A DNA stretch of 64,000 nt from an uncultured Candidatus Nanopelagicus sp. (GTDB lineage Bacteria > Actinomycetota > Actinomycetes > Nanopelagicales > Nanopelagicaceae), in the NCBI GenBank assembly GCA_964628535.1, contig CAZVNE010000001.1, positions 8,792 to 72,791 on the forward strand. Reading direction: 5' to 3'. Positions 10,219 to 21,125 of this stretch are shown piece by piece. The notes below the pieces were generated by a model. That model saw only the letters and a list, made by a program, of their open reading frames with translations. It made no database searches and was not told where the DNA came from. How positions within the stretch are numbered: position 1 is the first letter of the stretch; every line of letters starts with the position of its first letter. The position numbers were made by a program, and so were the translations under genes.

Positions 10219-11091
10219 TCAAACCTCTCTAGATAGATAAGCCAGCCCAGTTGCCACTACCGCTATACCCAGCCAGCCTTGAAAAGTAATTGCTTCATTT
10301 AAAACCACCGCTGCCAAAATAGTTGCAGTGGCAGGCTCTGCCAAAATCAAGGTAGAGGCCACGCTGGGCTTAATTCCAGTTAAACCCTTTGCATAGAGAA
10401 TATAAGCCAAAGCGGTAGGAACGAGTGCAAGCCAAGCAATCATCGCTGCACCATCAACGGTAGCAAGCCAGGAGAATCCAGAGAGCAGTAAAACTGGAAG
10501 TGAAAGTAAGGCAGCTAAGAGAAATATTTTATAAATTGCATAGGTGGAATCAACGCCGGCAATTAATGCGCGTTTACTAGAAACTGCTAGTAGCGCAAAG
10601 GAGGCGCCAGCAATTATCGCCAAGATAAATCCAAATAAATCAAAATCAGCTACACCATTTGCAGTTCCTAAAATAATTATTCCTACCGTTGTAATAATGG
10701 TTGCACTAAACCATCTTCTGCTTGGCCGCTCTTTATAAATTAGATAATCCAATACACCGGTCAGCGCCGGTACAGAACCAAGTGCGGTGATAGTTCCAAT
10801 TGCTACTCCTGTTTGTTTTACCGCAGAGAAAAAGGTTAATTGATAAGCCAAAATTCCAATTGCAGCCAACCACATATTTAACTTTGGCATTGGGATTGAG
10901 ATTGTTTTACTTAACTTGATATATAAAAATAGTAAGAATGCGCCAAGGATTAAGCGAGCGCTACCAATTGAAAGTGATGAGATTCCTTCTGGTCCAAGTG
11001 CTTGCGTTGTACCAGTGGTGCCAAAGCAAATACCAGCGGCTATTACCAGCAGGTAGTTTCGCCTCACATTGTGAGATTCCACTCGACTCAT
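10219..11091 (-). CDS. EamA/DMT family transporter
   Basis: 10-TM pattern; FGTTGT and LAEP motifs. Confidence 0.88.
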   Translation of the reverse strand: MSRVESHNVRRNYLLVIAAGICFGTTGTTQALGPEGISSLSIGSARLILGAFLLFLYIKLSKTISIPMPKLNMWLAAIGILAYQLTFFSAVKQTGVAIGTITALGSVPALTGVLDYLIYKERPSRRWFSATIITTVGIIILGTANGVADFDLFGFILAIIAGASFALLAVSSKRALIAGVDSTYAIYKIFLLAALLSLPVLLLSGFSWLATVDGAAMIAWLALVPTALAYILYAKGLTGIKPSVASTLILAEPATATILAAVVLNEAITFQGWLGIAVVATGLAYLSREV

Positions 11092-11132
11092 GTGGCAACG
11101 GTAGCCGAAGTTAAACCGCTAGGATTTTCGCC

Positions 11133-12521
11133 ATGACCTGGCAGCGAGTGGATTTAACAACAGCGCAAATTGATCACCTAAAAACATTGGTAACTGGGAT
11201 GGTCTCCACAAATGAGAGTGTGCTTGATCAACATGGCCGAGATGAATCTGCCATCGCGCCAGTTCGTCCATCTGCAGTTGTTATGCCACGCAGTACTGAA
11301 GAGGTATCTGCGGTTTTGGCTTACTGCAACCAAGAGAGGATTCCAGTAGTTGCCTTTGGTGCTGGTTCATCCCTTGAAGGACATGTACTTCCATTGTTTG
11401 GTGGCATCTCCCTTGATCTAACTGAGATGAACAAAATTATTGATATTCGAGCTGATGATTTATTGGTGCGAGTACAGCCAGGTGTTACTCGAATGGCGTT
11501 AAATGAAAAGTTAGCTACATCGGGTTTATTTTTCTCAGTCGATCCAGGAGCCGATGCCACATTAGGCGGTATGGCCTCTACCGGTGCTGCCGGCACAACC
11601 ACCGTTCGCTACGGCTCAATGCGCGAGAATGTTTTAGCACTAACTGCGGTAATGGCAGATGGCACAATCATTAAAACTGGACGTGAGACTAGAAAATTAT
11701 CTGCCGGCTATGACCTAACCAGATTACTTGTGGGTTCAGAGGGAACTCTGGCGATTATTACCGAGTTAACACTTCGAGTATTTGGTATTCCCGAGAAAAT
11801 GGCGGCAGCAATTGTGCGATTTCCAACCTTGTCTGAGGGTGTAAGCGCGGCAACTGCAATTGTTAGATCTGGTATTTCAATTGCTCGTTGTGAATTCTTA
11901 GATGCAAAGTGCATCAAAAATGTAAATGCACATGATGGCTTAACTCTCGCTGAAGTACCGACCTTATTCTTCGAGTTTCATGGAAGCCCGCAAGGTGTGC
12001 AAGAGGATGCAAACTCAGTTAAAGATATTGTGGAAGAGTTTGGTGGAAGTGATTTTGAATGGACAACTGATGAGGGTGCTCGTCGTAAATTATGGCAAGC
12101 TCGTCATAACGCATACTGGGCCGGAATTGCGGCAAATCCCGGTAAGCGTGCAGTAAGCACCGATGCTGCAGTTCCACTTTCAAAGTTAGCTGAAGCGGTA
12201 ACTGTTGCTGATGAGGTGCTAGCCAAGTACAAGTATCCATACTCAATATTGGGACATGTTGCAGATGCAAACTTTCACTGCTTTATTGTTACTGAACCAA
12301 GTAAGCCAGAGGAGCTAGAAGAGGTTCGTCACGTAACTCATGAGATCACCATGCGAATTATCGAGATGGGTGGAACCTGCACCGGTGAACATGGAATTGG
12401 TTCAGGCAAAATCGATGCATTAGTTGCAGAAACTGGTGCGGCTGCGGTCGGCATTATGAAATCGATTAAACAATCACTTGATCCAAATAATATTTTAAAT
12501 CCAGGAAAAGTATTTAAGTAA
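11133..12521 (+). CDS. FAD-linked oxidase, D-lactate dehydrogenase (cytochrome)/GlcD family
   Basis: GAGSSLEGH, DPGADATLGGM, GSEGTL, GHVADANFH, GEHGIG and LDPNNILNPGK motifs. Confidence 0.9.
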   Translation: MTWQRVDLTTAQIDHLKTLVTGMVSTNESVLDQHGRDESAIAPVRPSAVVMPRSTEEVSAVLAYCNQERIPVVAFGAGSSLEGHVLPLFGGISLDLTEMNKIIDIRADDLLVRVQPGVTRMALNEKLATSGLFFSVDPGADATLGGMASTGAAGTTTVRYGSMRENVLALTAVMADGTIIKTGRETRKLSAGYDLTRLLVGSEGTLAIITELTLRVFGIPEKMAAAIVRFPTLSEGVSAATAIVRSGISIARCEFLDAKCIKNVNAHDGLTLAEVPTLFFEFHGSPQGVQEDANSVKDIVEEFGGSDFEWTTDEGARRKLWQARHNAYWAGIAANPGKRAVSTDAAVPLSKLAEAVTVADEVLAKYKYPYSILGHVADANFHCFIVTEPSKPEELEEVRHVTHEITMRIIEMGGTCTGEHGIGSGKIDALVAETGAAAVGIMKSIKQSLDPNNILNPGKVFK

Positions 12522-13430
12522 ATGAGCTCAACTGTTTGGGCTATCACTTTTGCTGCGCTCTTTACCGTACTAGCAATTGATTTAAGTATCGCAATCCTGC
12601 GACGAAACATGGAAACCTCATTTAAAGAGGCTGCCACCTGGACTGTTGTTTATGTTACCGCTGCAATCATCTTTGGTATCGCTATGGGTCAGTGGAGCAC
12701 CTCTAAAGCTCAATCTGAATTTTTTGCCGGCTGGATAACTGAATACTCTCTATCAATTGATAATCTCTTTATTTTTATTATTATTTTAGCTAGGTTAAAA
12801 ATTGCAAAATCAAAGGAGCAGTTGGTTCTTTTGATTGGAATCATTATGGCGCTAGTTCTACGTGGCATCTTTATATTCCTCGGAGCTGCCGCGGTTGAAA
12901 GATATACCTGGGTCTTCTTTATCTTTGGCGCCTTCCTGCTCTTCACTGCATTAAAACTGCAGGGCGAGAGTGATCATGAATGGCAGGAGGGGAGATTAAT
13001 TGTTTGGCTTAAAAAACGTGGCTCATCCCCTGTAACTATTGCATTATTTGCTCTCGCATTTACCGATTTAATATTTGCACTGGATTCGATTCCAGCAATC
13101 TTTGGCTTAACTAAAGATCCATACATTGTTTTTACGGCAAATGTCTTTGCACTCATGGGGCTACGCCAGCTTTACTTTTTAATAGGTGGGTTGATGAAGC
13201 GGCTAATCTATTTAACTAAGGGGCTCTCATTTATTCTCGCCTTTATTGGAGTGAAATTAATTTTTGAGGCCTTCCATGGCATCGACATCCATACTTTGCT
13301 TGGCGTACATATTCCAGAAATTTCTACTCAACTCTCCTTGGTAGTAATAATTGGAACACTGGCAATCACAGCTGTCTCAAGTTTGGTGGTAAGCGGTAAA
13401 CGGGGCAGCAATAAGGTAAATCACCACTGA
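12522..13430 (+). CDS. TerC/Alx family membrane protein
   Basis: EYSLSIDNLF, DLIFALDSIPA and FALMGLRQLYF motifs. Confidence 0.92.
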   Translation: MSSTVWAITFAALFTVLAIDLSIAILRRNMETSFKEAATWTVVYVTAAIIFGIAMGQWSTSKAQSEFFAGWITEYSLSIDNLFIFIIILARLKIAKSKEQLVLLIGIIMALVLRGIFIFLGAAAVERYTWVFFIFGAFLLFTALKLQGESDHEWQEGRLIVWLKKRGSSPVTIALFALAFTDLIFALDSIPAIFGLTKDPYIVFTANVFALMGLRQLYFLIGGLMKRLIYLTKGLSFILAFIGVKLIFEAFHGIDIHTLLGVHIPEISTQLSLVVIIGTLAITAVSSLVVSGKRGSNKVNHH

Positions 13431-13450
13431 TAGGTGGCACAATACTGGGC

Positions 13451-14323
13451 ATGAGTGTGGTCTCAAATAAAATTCAGGTTTTCGAACCGCATCGTGCCTC
13501 ACTCCCTAAATTAAAACCTTACTTCAAAGAGTTTTGGCGCCGGCGAGAATTTGCAATTCAACTCTCTAAATTTAGCGATAAGGCGGAGTACCTAGACTCA
13601 AAATTGGGAAAGCTTTGGTTGGTTCTTAATCCATTATTTTTGGCGGTGATTTACTATTTACTGGTCTCCATAATAAGAGGTGGCGAGTCAGAAACTGATG
13701 GCATTACTACCTTAAGCCATATTTTAATCGGCTTATTTACCTTTTATTTTGCACAAAATACAATTTTAATGGGTGCGCAATCAATCACCTCTGGCGGACG
13801 CTTGATTTTAAATCAAGCATTTCCCAGAGCACTACTTCCACTATCAAGTGCAATTAGCGCTTGGCGTCAATTTGTACCAACAATTCCGGTTTATATAACC
13901 ATTGTGATTGCTGGAAAATTACTCTTTCCAGATAGTGCCCTGCCAGGGCTGACCTGGAATTACTTGTTTGTACCACTTGTTTTTTTGCCCTTGGTTATTA
14001 CTAGCTTTGGATTAGCATTAATTTTTGCCACCATGAATGTTTACTTCCGTGACACTAGTAAATTGCTCAGTTACATAATGCGGATTTGGTTATACGCATC
14101 ACCAGTTTTATGGCTACCGCAAATGCTGACCGGAGCATCTCAAATTTTACTTTACCTAAATCCATTCGGCCCAGTGCTATCGGCAAATAGTCGGATTTGG
14201 ATTGATGGTTTAGCACCAACTCCGTTGCAATTTATCACCGCCTATGCCTGGGCAGCTATCACCCTAATTATTGGTGGCTACTTCTTTATCTCAAGGGAGC
14301 GCGATTTTGCTGTCCGAATCTAA
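13451..14323 (+). CDS. ABC-2 polysaccharide/teichoic acid export permease (Wzm/TagG-like)
   Basis: LGKLWLVLNP, FPRALLP, VYFRD and YASPV motifs. Confidence 0.9.
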   Translation: MSVVSNKIQVFEPHRASLPKLKPYFKEFWRRREFAIQLSKFSDKAEYLDSKLGKLWLVLNPLFLAVIYYLLVSIIRGGESETDGITTLSHILIGLFTFYFAQNTILMGAQSITSGGRLILNQAFPRALLPLSSAISAWRQFVPTIPVYITIVIAGKLLFPDSALPGLTWNYLFVPLVFLPLVITSFGLALIFATMNVYFRDTSKLLSYIMRIWLYASPVLWLPQMLTGASQILLYLNPFGPVLSANSRIWIDGLAPTPLQFITAYAWAAITLIIGGYFFISRERDFAVRI

Positions 14324-15116
14324 TTTACAGAGCGCTTTACCATCTGATTTGGCGATCCGAATTGAGGATCTCTCAATTACTTACAAAATTAATGTGGAAT
14401 CAAAGAAGACTTTAAAAAATGCAGTAATGCGGGCCAGTAAAGGCCAGAAGATTAAAACCAAGACTGTAAATGCAATCAGCAATCTCTCATTGGATATTCC
14501 ACATGGCTCAGTTGTTGGCATTGTTGGTGCAAATGGTGCAGGTAAATCAACCTTGATGCGTTCGATAGCAGGAATCCTGCCTCCTACCTCTGGGCGAATT
14601 ACAGTTGATGGAAAAATCTCTACCCTGTTAGCACTTGGTGTTGGATTTAATCCTGCCTTATCTGGTCGAGATAATATTATTTTAGGTGGCTTAGCAGCTG
14701 GTATGACCAGAGATGAGATTGAAGCACAGACCGATGCAATCGCTGATTTTGCTGATTTACCTGAGGGATTTATTGATATGCCGGTACGAACTTACTCCGC
14801 GGGTATGTATGGCCGAGTTGCATTCTCAGTGGCGGTAAATTTAACACCAGATATCTTGCTGCTAGATGAAGCTTTATCAGCCGGTGATGCAGCATTTAAA
14901 GAGAAATCATTTGCCCGCATGCGCGAGTTGTGCACACAGGCAAGCACTATTTTGATTGTCTCTCATGCTTTGGCATCCTTAAATGAGTTATGCGATACAG
15001 CTGTCTGGATTAACAAGGGAAGGTTGGTGGCACATGGAAAACCAAGTGAGATCACCGATCAATACTTGACCTTCCTAAATGCTGGGAAATTACCTTTTTC
15101 TTATGAGGATCTTTAA
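14307..15116 (+). CDS. Polysaccharide export ABC ATPase (Wzt/TagH-like)
   Basis: GANGAGKST, YSAGM, LLLDE and VSH motifs. TTG 14307 follows RBS AAGGGAG. No C-terminal carbohydrate-binding domain. Confidence 0.92.
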   Translation: MLSESNLQSALPSDLAIRIEDLSITYKINVESKKTLKNAVMRASKGQKIKTKTVNAISNLSLDIPHGSVVGIVGANGAGKSTLMRSIAGILPPTSGRITVDGKISTLLALGVGFNPALSGRDNIILGGLAAGMTRDEIEAQTDAIADFADLPEGFIDMPVRTYSAGMYGRVAFSVAVNLTPDILLLDEALSAGDAAFKEKSFARMRELCTQASTILIVSHALASLNELCDTAVWINKGRLVAHGKPSEITDQYLTFLNAGKLPFSYEDL

Positions 15117-15190
15117 GAAATACTCCTAAAAAAGGCTGAGAGCGCAGTTGGTTTACCGTTTTTTCAAAAGTAGCAGGTTAGAGTCGTGGT

Positions 15191-16093
15191 GTGAAGCGGC
15201 GCCAGGGTAAGTTGATCCGATTAATTAAAACTATCAAGTTTTTACCGCTGGAAGCTCTTTACTTCCTGATTTTACCGATCAGAAAATTACTTTCTAACTC
15301 AAAGGCCGATCCACAATCCAGATTTGTATTTGTTATCTCTTTTCCAAGATCTGGCACGACCGCACTGGGCTCATTACTCCAGCAACCAGCTGCCAAAATA
15401 AATTACCACGGCGAATTTTTCGCCCTAAATCATTGGAATAAAACATTACGAGAGATATCAAAGTTTTATCCCTTTTTTGTACTCAGATACTTTGTTGGTT
15501 TCTTACTTCAAAAGCGAAAATGGCGTTATTACCAATTTGAACATCTAAAGTTAGATCCAGATAAAGCTTTAACCGCCTTAGCTCGAGTTCCCGGCACTCA
15601 TGTATTTAAGATATTTCCATTTCATATTTACGATCAAAGCTTACAGGCGGCGATTACTAAGTTTAAGCCAGATATTTTATTTCTGCGCCGCAATCACCTT
15701 GATCGACTGGTCTCCCATAAGAAAGCAATGGCAACTGGTGTGTGGCACGGCGTGAGCACCGAGTCAGTGGAGGTTGAGATTGATGAAAAACAACTGAATA
15801 AGTACATTGATGATTATCAGAGTTTTTATCAGAAAATGAGTCAGACAGCACTTTCAATTTCAGCAAATATTTTAGATGTTGAGTATGAAACACTTTTTAA
15901 CCCGGGAAATATCGAAAAGGTAATGAATTTTATTTTAGCTGACGCTAAAAAAGTCGGTAATTTGAATGTTAAACCTCGAACCCTGAAACAGGATGCCAGT
16001 GGCGCCAGCCAGCGGGCCTTCTTAGAGAAAATTTCAATTGGTGGCGTGAAAAAAGAGATTTCTGATTTTAATTTCCATAGGATAAACAAGTGA
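15191..16093 (+). CDS. PAPS-dependent sulfotransferase (Stf0/NodH-like)
   Basis: 5'-PSB loop FPRSGTT, 3'-[13 protein letters not shown] and late YE motif; overlaps cysD start. Confidence 0.8.
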   Translation: MKRRQGKLIRLIKTIKFLPLEALYFLILPIRKLLSNSKADPQSRFVFVISFPRSGTTALGSLLQQPAAKINYHGEFFALNHWNKTLREISKFYPFFVLRYFVGFLLQKRKWRYYQFEHLKLDPDKALTALARVPGTHVFKIFPFHIYDQSLQAAITKFKPDILFLRRNHLDRLVSHKKAMATGVWHGVSTESVEVEIDEKQLNKYIDDYQSFYQKMSQTALSISANILDVEYETLFNPGNIEKVMNFILADAKKVGNLNVKPRTLKQDASGASQRAFLEKISIGGVKKEISDFNFHRINK

Positions 16094-17004
16094 ATCAAGC
16101 GTTGAGTAATCGATTAGTTCTGCAAGAGCTAGAGAATGAATCGCTCGAGATTTTCCGAGAGACAGCAGCCACCTTTAAAAACCCAGTAATGATGTACTCG
16201 ATTGGTAAGGACTCCTCAGTTCTTCTGCACCTGGCTAAGAAAGCTTTTTATCCTGCCCCAATCCCATTCCCACTCCTACATATCGATACCACCTGGAAGT
16301 TTAAGGAGATGATCTCCTTTCGGGATCGAATCGCCGCAGAATTGGGAGTTAAATTATTTGTGCACACAAATCTTGAGGGTGTAAAAAATGGCGTCAATCC
16401 ATTTACATTAAGTGCCTCCGAGTACACCCGAATTATGAAGACGGTAGCTTTAAGACAAGCGTTAGATAAGTACGAGTTTGATGCAGCTATTGGTGGCTCA
16501 CGACGAGATGAGGAGAAGTCACGGGCTAAAGAGCGAGTATTTAGTGTTCGCGAGGCTGGACATAAATGGGATCCAAGAAATCAACGGCCAGAGTTGTGGC
16601 AAACCTACAATACAAAATTAGTATCCGGACAAACGATGCGAGTTTTTCCAATTTCAGATTGGACTGAAGCAGATATCTGGCATTACATCCTGCAAGAAAA
16701 TATTGAGGTAAATCCACTTTACTTTGCCAAGGAACGACCAGTAGTTCACCGCGGTACTCAATTGATTATGGTTGATGATGAGCGCTATCAACTAAACCCA
16801 AATGAAAAGCCAGAGCTAAAGCAGATCAGATTTAGAACATTGGGTTGCTACCCATTAACAGCTGCAGTTGAATCTGATGCTAAGAGTATTGAAGAGGTCG
16901 TTGAAGAGGTATTGCAGGTTAAGTTAAGTGAGCGGGCAACGAGATTAATTGATGGTGAGAATGAAGATTCGATGGAGAAAAAGAAATCTGAAGGTTACTT
17001 CTAA
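16090..17004 (+). CDS. cysD: Sulfate adenylyltransferase subunit 2
   Basis: [26 protein letters not shown] and [10 protein letters not shown] motifs. Confidence 0.97.
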   Translation: MNQALSNRLVLQELENESLEIFRETAATFKNPVMMYSIGKDSSVLLHLAKKAFYPAPIPFPLLHIDTTWKFKEMISFRDRIAAELGVKLFVHTNLEGVKNGVNPFTLSASEYTRIMKTVALRQALDKYEFDAAIGGSRRDEEKSRAKERVFSVREAGHKWDPRNQRPELWQTYNTKLVSGQTMRVFPISDWTEADIWHYILQENIEVNPLYFAKERPVVHRGTQLIMVDDERYQLNPNEKPELKQIRFRTLGCYPLTAAVESDAKSIEEVVEEVLQVKLSERATRLIDGENEDSMEKKKSEGYF

Positions 17005-18824
17005 TGGAAAAGAGCATAATTAGATTATTAACCTGCGGCAGCGTAGATGATGGAAAGAGCACTTTGATCGGCAGATTACTTGTCGAAACCGATAGCGTCC
17101 CACATGACACCATAGATACAACGCGAAAAGTTAGAAGATCTGGCTCCACAATTCCCGCTGGTGAGATCGATTTTAGTTTACTTACCGATGGCCTAGAGGC
17201 GGAGCGCGAACAAGGCATCACCATCGATGTGGCATATCGATCTATGAACCTACTTAATGGAAAGAGATTAATTATCTCCGATGCACCAGGCCACGAGCAG
17301 TACACCAGAAATATGGCGGTGGCAGCATCCCGAGCAGATATTGGTCTTATTTTGATTGATGCTACAAAAGGAATCAGAGTTCAAACTTTAAGGCATTTAA
17401 CTATCTGTTCCTTGATGAAAGTTTCACAAATTGTGGTTGCAATCAATAAGTTAGATGCAATTAACTTTGATCAGATTAAGTATGAGCAAATCCTTGCCGA
17501 TTTAACTATTGCCGCCGACCGCCTTGGTATCTCTAATCTGGTATCGATTCCGCTAAGTGCACTGGCTGGAGACAATGTTGTAGTTAAAAGTGAAAATACA
17601 GATTGGTATGGCGGCCCGACATTGCTTGAATTTATTCAAGGTTGGGTCCCAGCGGATTTTCCAACTGCGTCACCATTTCTTCGAATTCAATCAATTGCCC
17701 GAGCCAATGATTTCCGAGGTGTTGCAGGTACGGTAATTAATGGTCAATTTAAGGTTGGCGACGAGGTTAGAGTTTTTCCAGCCGCAAAGAAAGCGATAAT
17801 TTCAGAGATTTTCTGCGGTGATAAATCTACAAAACAAAGTGATCATGGTTTTGCAACGACTCTGGTACTAACTCCCGAAGTGGATGCCACTCGGGGTGAT
17901 GTGGTAATCCCAGCAGATTATGAGTTAACTGGCACCGATCGGTTCACCGCAAATTTAGTTTGGCTTGATGAGTCAGAGTTAGTGCATAGCCGCTCTTACC
18001 TCTTAGTAGCTGGATCATCAGAGTCACCTGCGGTTGTAACAAAAATAAAGTTTAAATTAGATGTAAATACCGGAGCTCAAGAGGCAGCAAATACCTTGAA
18101 GGTGAATGAGATTGGATCGGTTGAAATTGCAACTAATTCACTAATGGCGCTTTTGCCATATGAAAAATCTAGATTACTCGGAAATTTTGTTTTAGTTGAT
18201 CGGCAAACCATGCACACCGTTGCTGCCGGAATGTTTGATCACTCGCTTCGACGCAGCAGTAATGTTCACCATCAAGATTATGAAATTGATATGAATAAAC
18301 GAGCGGCTGCCAAGAACCAGAAGGCCAAGGTAATTTGGTTAACTGGGCTATCTGGCTCTGGAAAATCTACAATTGCAAATGCAGTTGAAAAACAATTATT
18401 TATCGATGGCAAACATGCTTATGTCCTAGATGGTGATAATTTAAGGTTGGGTTTAAATAAGGATTTAGGTTTTACCCCTGGTGATCGCGCAGAGAATGTT
18501 CGACGAGTTGCCGAAATAGCTAAGTTAATGAGTGATGCTGGATTAATTGTTATCGTTGCGTTGGTCAGTCCATTTGAAGCTGATCGCCAAGCTGCAAAAG
18601 CTATCTTTACATCAACACCGTTTTATCAGATCTTTGTTGATACACCAGTTGAAATTTGTCAGCAACGTGATCCTAAGGGTTTATACGCCAAAGCTAATAA
18701 GGGTGAGATTCCGAACTTTACCGGCCTAGGTCAGGATTATGAGATGCCAAAAAATCCAGATTTAATCTTGGATGGAACTGCAGAATTAAGTAAAAACTTA
18801 GAGGCGGTCTTAAAGCTGATTTAG
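17004..18824 (+). CDS. cysNC: Bifunctional sulfate adenylyltransferase subunit 1 / APS kinase (CysN-CysC)
   Basis: GSVDDGKST, EREQGITIDVAY and GHEQYTRNM, plus C-terminal GLSGSGKST, LDGDN and RDPKGLY. Confidence 0.96.
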   Translation: MEKSIIRLLTCGSVDDGKSTLIGRLLVETDSVPHDTIDTTRKVRRSGSTIPAGEIDFSLLTDGLEAEREQGITIDVAYRSMNLLNGKRLIISDAPGHEQYTRNMAVAASRADIGLILIDATKGIRVQTLRHLTICSLMKVSQIVVAINKLDAINFDQIKYEQILADLTIAADRLGISNLVSIPLSALAGDNVVVKSENTDWYGGPTLLEFIQGWVPADFPTASPFLRIQSIARANDFRGVAGTVINGQFKVGDEVRVFPAAKKAIISEIFCGDKSTKQSDHGFATTLVLTPEVDATRGDVVIPADYELTGTDRFTANLVWLDESELVHSRSYLLVAGSSESPAVVTKIKFKLDVNTGAQEAANTLKVNEIGSVEIATNSLMALLPYEKSRLLGNFVLVDRQTMHTVAAGMFDHSLRRSSNVHHQDYEIDMNKRAAAKNQKAKVIWLTGLSGSGKSTIANAVEKQLFIDGKHAYVLDGDNLRLGLNKDLGFTPGDRAENVRRVAEIAKLMSDAGLIVIVALVSPFEADRQAAKAIFTSTPFYQIFVDTPVEICQQRDPKGLYAKANKGEIPNFTGLGQDYEMPKNPDLILDGTAELSKNLEAVLKLI

Positions 18825-20338
18825 TAAGAGCGGCTATTTCTTAAGACAACAAAGGTGCGCTTTATTAGATTCTTTACCTGCTTAGGTCTTCTTATTTTGG
18901 CAAAACTTCTTAATCCCAAAGCAATCATTGGAAAAATATTGGTTATTGAAAGTTGTTTGGTGAAATCAAATGATCCGACCTCGGCCCAGCAGATACCCCA
19001 TTGATCTTGTAGATTTTGATAGCACTCACCAGGCATACTTCGAGCTCGGTTTAATGCTGGGGCGTACACAATAAATGCGCGTTGATCTAAAGCATCCACC
19101 AACCCTTCTAACCCATTCTTACTCTTACTTAATTTTCGCTTCAATGCTTTATAAATAATCCGTTGATCTGGATCACCCTCTACAAAGTAGATATAAGGCG
19201 TAGAGCTGCTTTGAATTAAATCGAGAATTTGTTGAATACTCAATATTTGTTGACCAGTTACTTTAATTAGGGTGAATCTAATATCGCTTTGCACAAATCT
19301 TGAAATTGCCCGAAGATCTTTAGCACCATCATTGATTACGCTGTAGCGCTGCTCAAGACGTTGCCAATCACCAAGTAATTTAAATTGAGATTGTCCATCC
19401 TTGAGGAATTGATTTATCACTTGTTTAAAAGTTTCAAAGCTCATCTTCCGGCAATCGAGCAATACCTCATTGTCGGGAACCTTCCACTGCAAATCTGACT
19501 TATTGCGTAGGTAGGTTAAAGCTGGAATGTAATTAGCAAATAATGGTTGATTATGAGTGATGACAGTGTTGGTATTTTGATCAACTGTGCTAATTCCTAA
19601 ATGCCATGAATAAGCTTTCTCTTCTGGCACCATCCGCATACCAGCCATTAATACTCGCCAACCTAACTCGGTATCCTCGCCAGTTTTAAACAAGGGGTTG
19701 TATCCGCCCAAAGAGAGCCAATTTTTCCGATGGATTGAAAAGGTTGCGCCAACTAATGCCCTAAAGCTCTCTAAAGTTACATCCTGCAAATTATTGGTAG
19801 CGCTAACTAAACTCTCCCAGCTCTCTTTGCCCTCACTGGTCTGATGTAGTTTGTGAAAATTACCTAAATTTAACTCTCTCACCAACTGCAGCGAGTTATA
19901 TGACCATTCGGCAACAAATCGTTTCCACCCCAATACTAAGTAATCCTGTGATTCATGGTGCCACTTCATCATCTGCGCCAAGTGATCTGGATGAAGAACC
20001 ATATCTGCATCAATGCACCAAATAACATCCTGCTTTATTGATTTAATTGCATAATTAACTGCTTGGGTTTTTCCCCAACTTTTATCATTATTTTTGAAGT
20101 AGATTAATTTGCATTTAGCTGGCTTTATCACAGGCAGCTTTAATTTTTTAGTAGATCCATCATCGACAACATAAACTGATATCAATCTTTGCGGATAGCT
20201 TTGTACAGAAAGTGAGGCAAGAAGTAAATCTAATTTGCTCTGCCCATCACGACAGGCAATTACCACCGCCACACTTAGCTTGGGATTTTTAACTATCTCT
20301 AGACTCTTTGGCCTGTCATACCTAAAGGTTGCACTCAT
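18821..20338 (-). CDS. Family 2 glycosyltransferase
   Basis: VVDDGS, IDADM (DxD) and GEDTELGWR motifs. Confidence 0.88.
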   Translation of the reverse strand: MSATFRYDRPKSLEIVKNPKLSVAVVIACRDGQSKLDLLLASLSVQSYPQRLISVYVVDDGSTKKLKLPVIKPAKCKLIYFKNNDKSWGKTQAVNYAIKSIKQDVIWCIDADMVLHPDHLAQMMKWHHESQDYLVLGWKRFVAEWSYNSLQLVRELNLGNFHKLHQTSEGKESWESLVSATNNLQDVTLESFRALVGATFSIHRKNWLSLGGYNPLFKTGEDTELGWRVLMAGMRMVPEEKAYSWHLGISTVDQNTNTVITHNQPLFANYIPALTYLRNKSDLQWKVPDNEVLLDCRKMSFETFKQVINQFLKDGQSQFKLLGDWQRLEQRYSVINDGAKDLRAISRFVQSDIRFTLIKVTGQQILSIQQILDLIQSSSTPYIYFVEGDPDQRIIYKALKRKLSKSKNGLEGLVDALDQRAFIVYAPALNRARSMPGECYQNLQDQWGICWAEVGSFDFTKQLSITNIFPMIALGLRSFAKIRRPKQVKNLIKRTFVVLRNSRSY

Positions 20339-21117
20339 TTAACTGTGCCAAACTCTGGATCAACCCAAACTCCAACCCGCTGATCATCAATCTCCCTTAA
20401 ATACTTTGAGTAGTTGGTGGCGTAGGTATGTGAGATTAAGGATCTCTTATAAATATAGCCAAGGCCGGGCATGCGCCAAATTTTACCGCCATTTTTTTTA
20501 ACGCCGGAAAGCAAAAATTTATCAACCGCACTTCTGCCCTCGCCAAACCAGCCAGCAGATTGTGCACTTTCACGCCGAACTAATATTGTGCCGCCACAGA
20601 CCCAATCACTCCAGTGATCATATGTTGAAACCTCTGTAATTGGTTTTCTTCTGACTGTTACATCAAGTGCTTGTAGATAAACATAATTCATCGCTTTTCC
20701 AACCACATCTGCACTCTTTGTAATAGCCACATCAAGTAAATCCTTCAGATGTTCGGGGCCGTAAATATCATCATCATCAATCTTTGCCAGATATTGGCCG
20801 GATGAACTCTTTGAAAGTTGAGTCAAAATCTTGCCAAGGGTGGCAGATTCGGGAAAACTTTGTACAACTACCGAAATCTTTCGTCGCTTTAACTTACTGA
20901 TCAAGCTTTTTTGTTGTGCGGTAAGTGCAAAATTATGTAATCCAATTAAGAGTTCAAAACCGCTTAGAGTTTGATTAAGTAGTTGATTTAAGATTGCAGT
21001 TAGATCCTTGGGCCGAGATGTTGCTAGAACCGCAGACAGGGTTGGGTATTTCTTTATATTTGATCTGTGATTGGCTCGTACTTTAGCTAATGCAGCTACC
21101 TCTTCCTCAAACTTCAC
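20335..21117 (-). CDS. GT2-like glycosyltransferase
   Basis: AKIDDDDIYG and VCGGT motifs; overlaps downstream GT2 start. Confidence 0.78.
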   Translation of the reverse strand: MKFEEEVAALAKVRANHRSNIKKYPTLSAVLATSRPKDLTAILNQLLNQTLSGFELLIGLHNFALTAQQKSLISKLKRRKISVVVQSFPESATLGKILTQLSKSSSGQYLAKIDDDDIYGPEHLKDLLDVAITKSADVVGKAMNYVYLQALDVTVRRKPITEVSTYDHWSDWVCGGTILVRRESAQSAGWFGEGRSAVDKFLLSGVKKNGGKIWRMPGLGYIYKRSLISHTYATNYSKYLREIDDQRVGVWVDPEFGTVK

Positions 21118-21125
21118 TATGCTGA

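Noticed and set aside
12522-13430. yybP-ykoY riboswitch upstream of TerC
   Set aside because: TerC ATG directly follows the upstream stop codon, leaving no leader.
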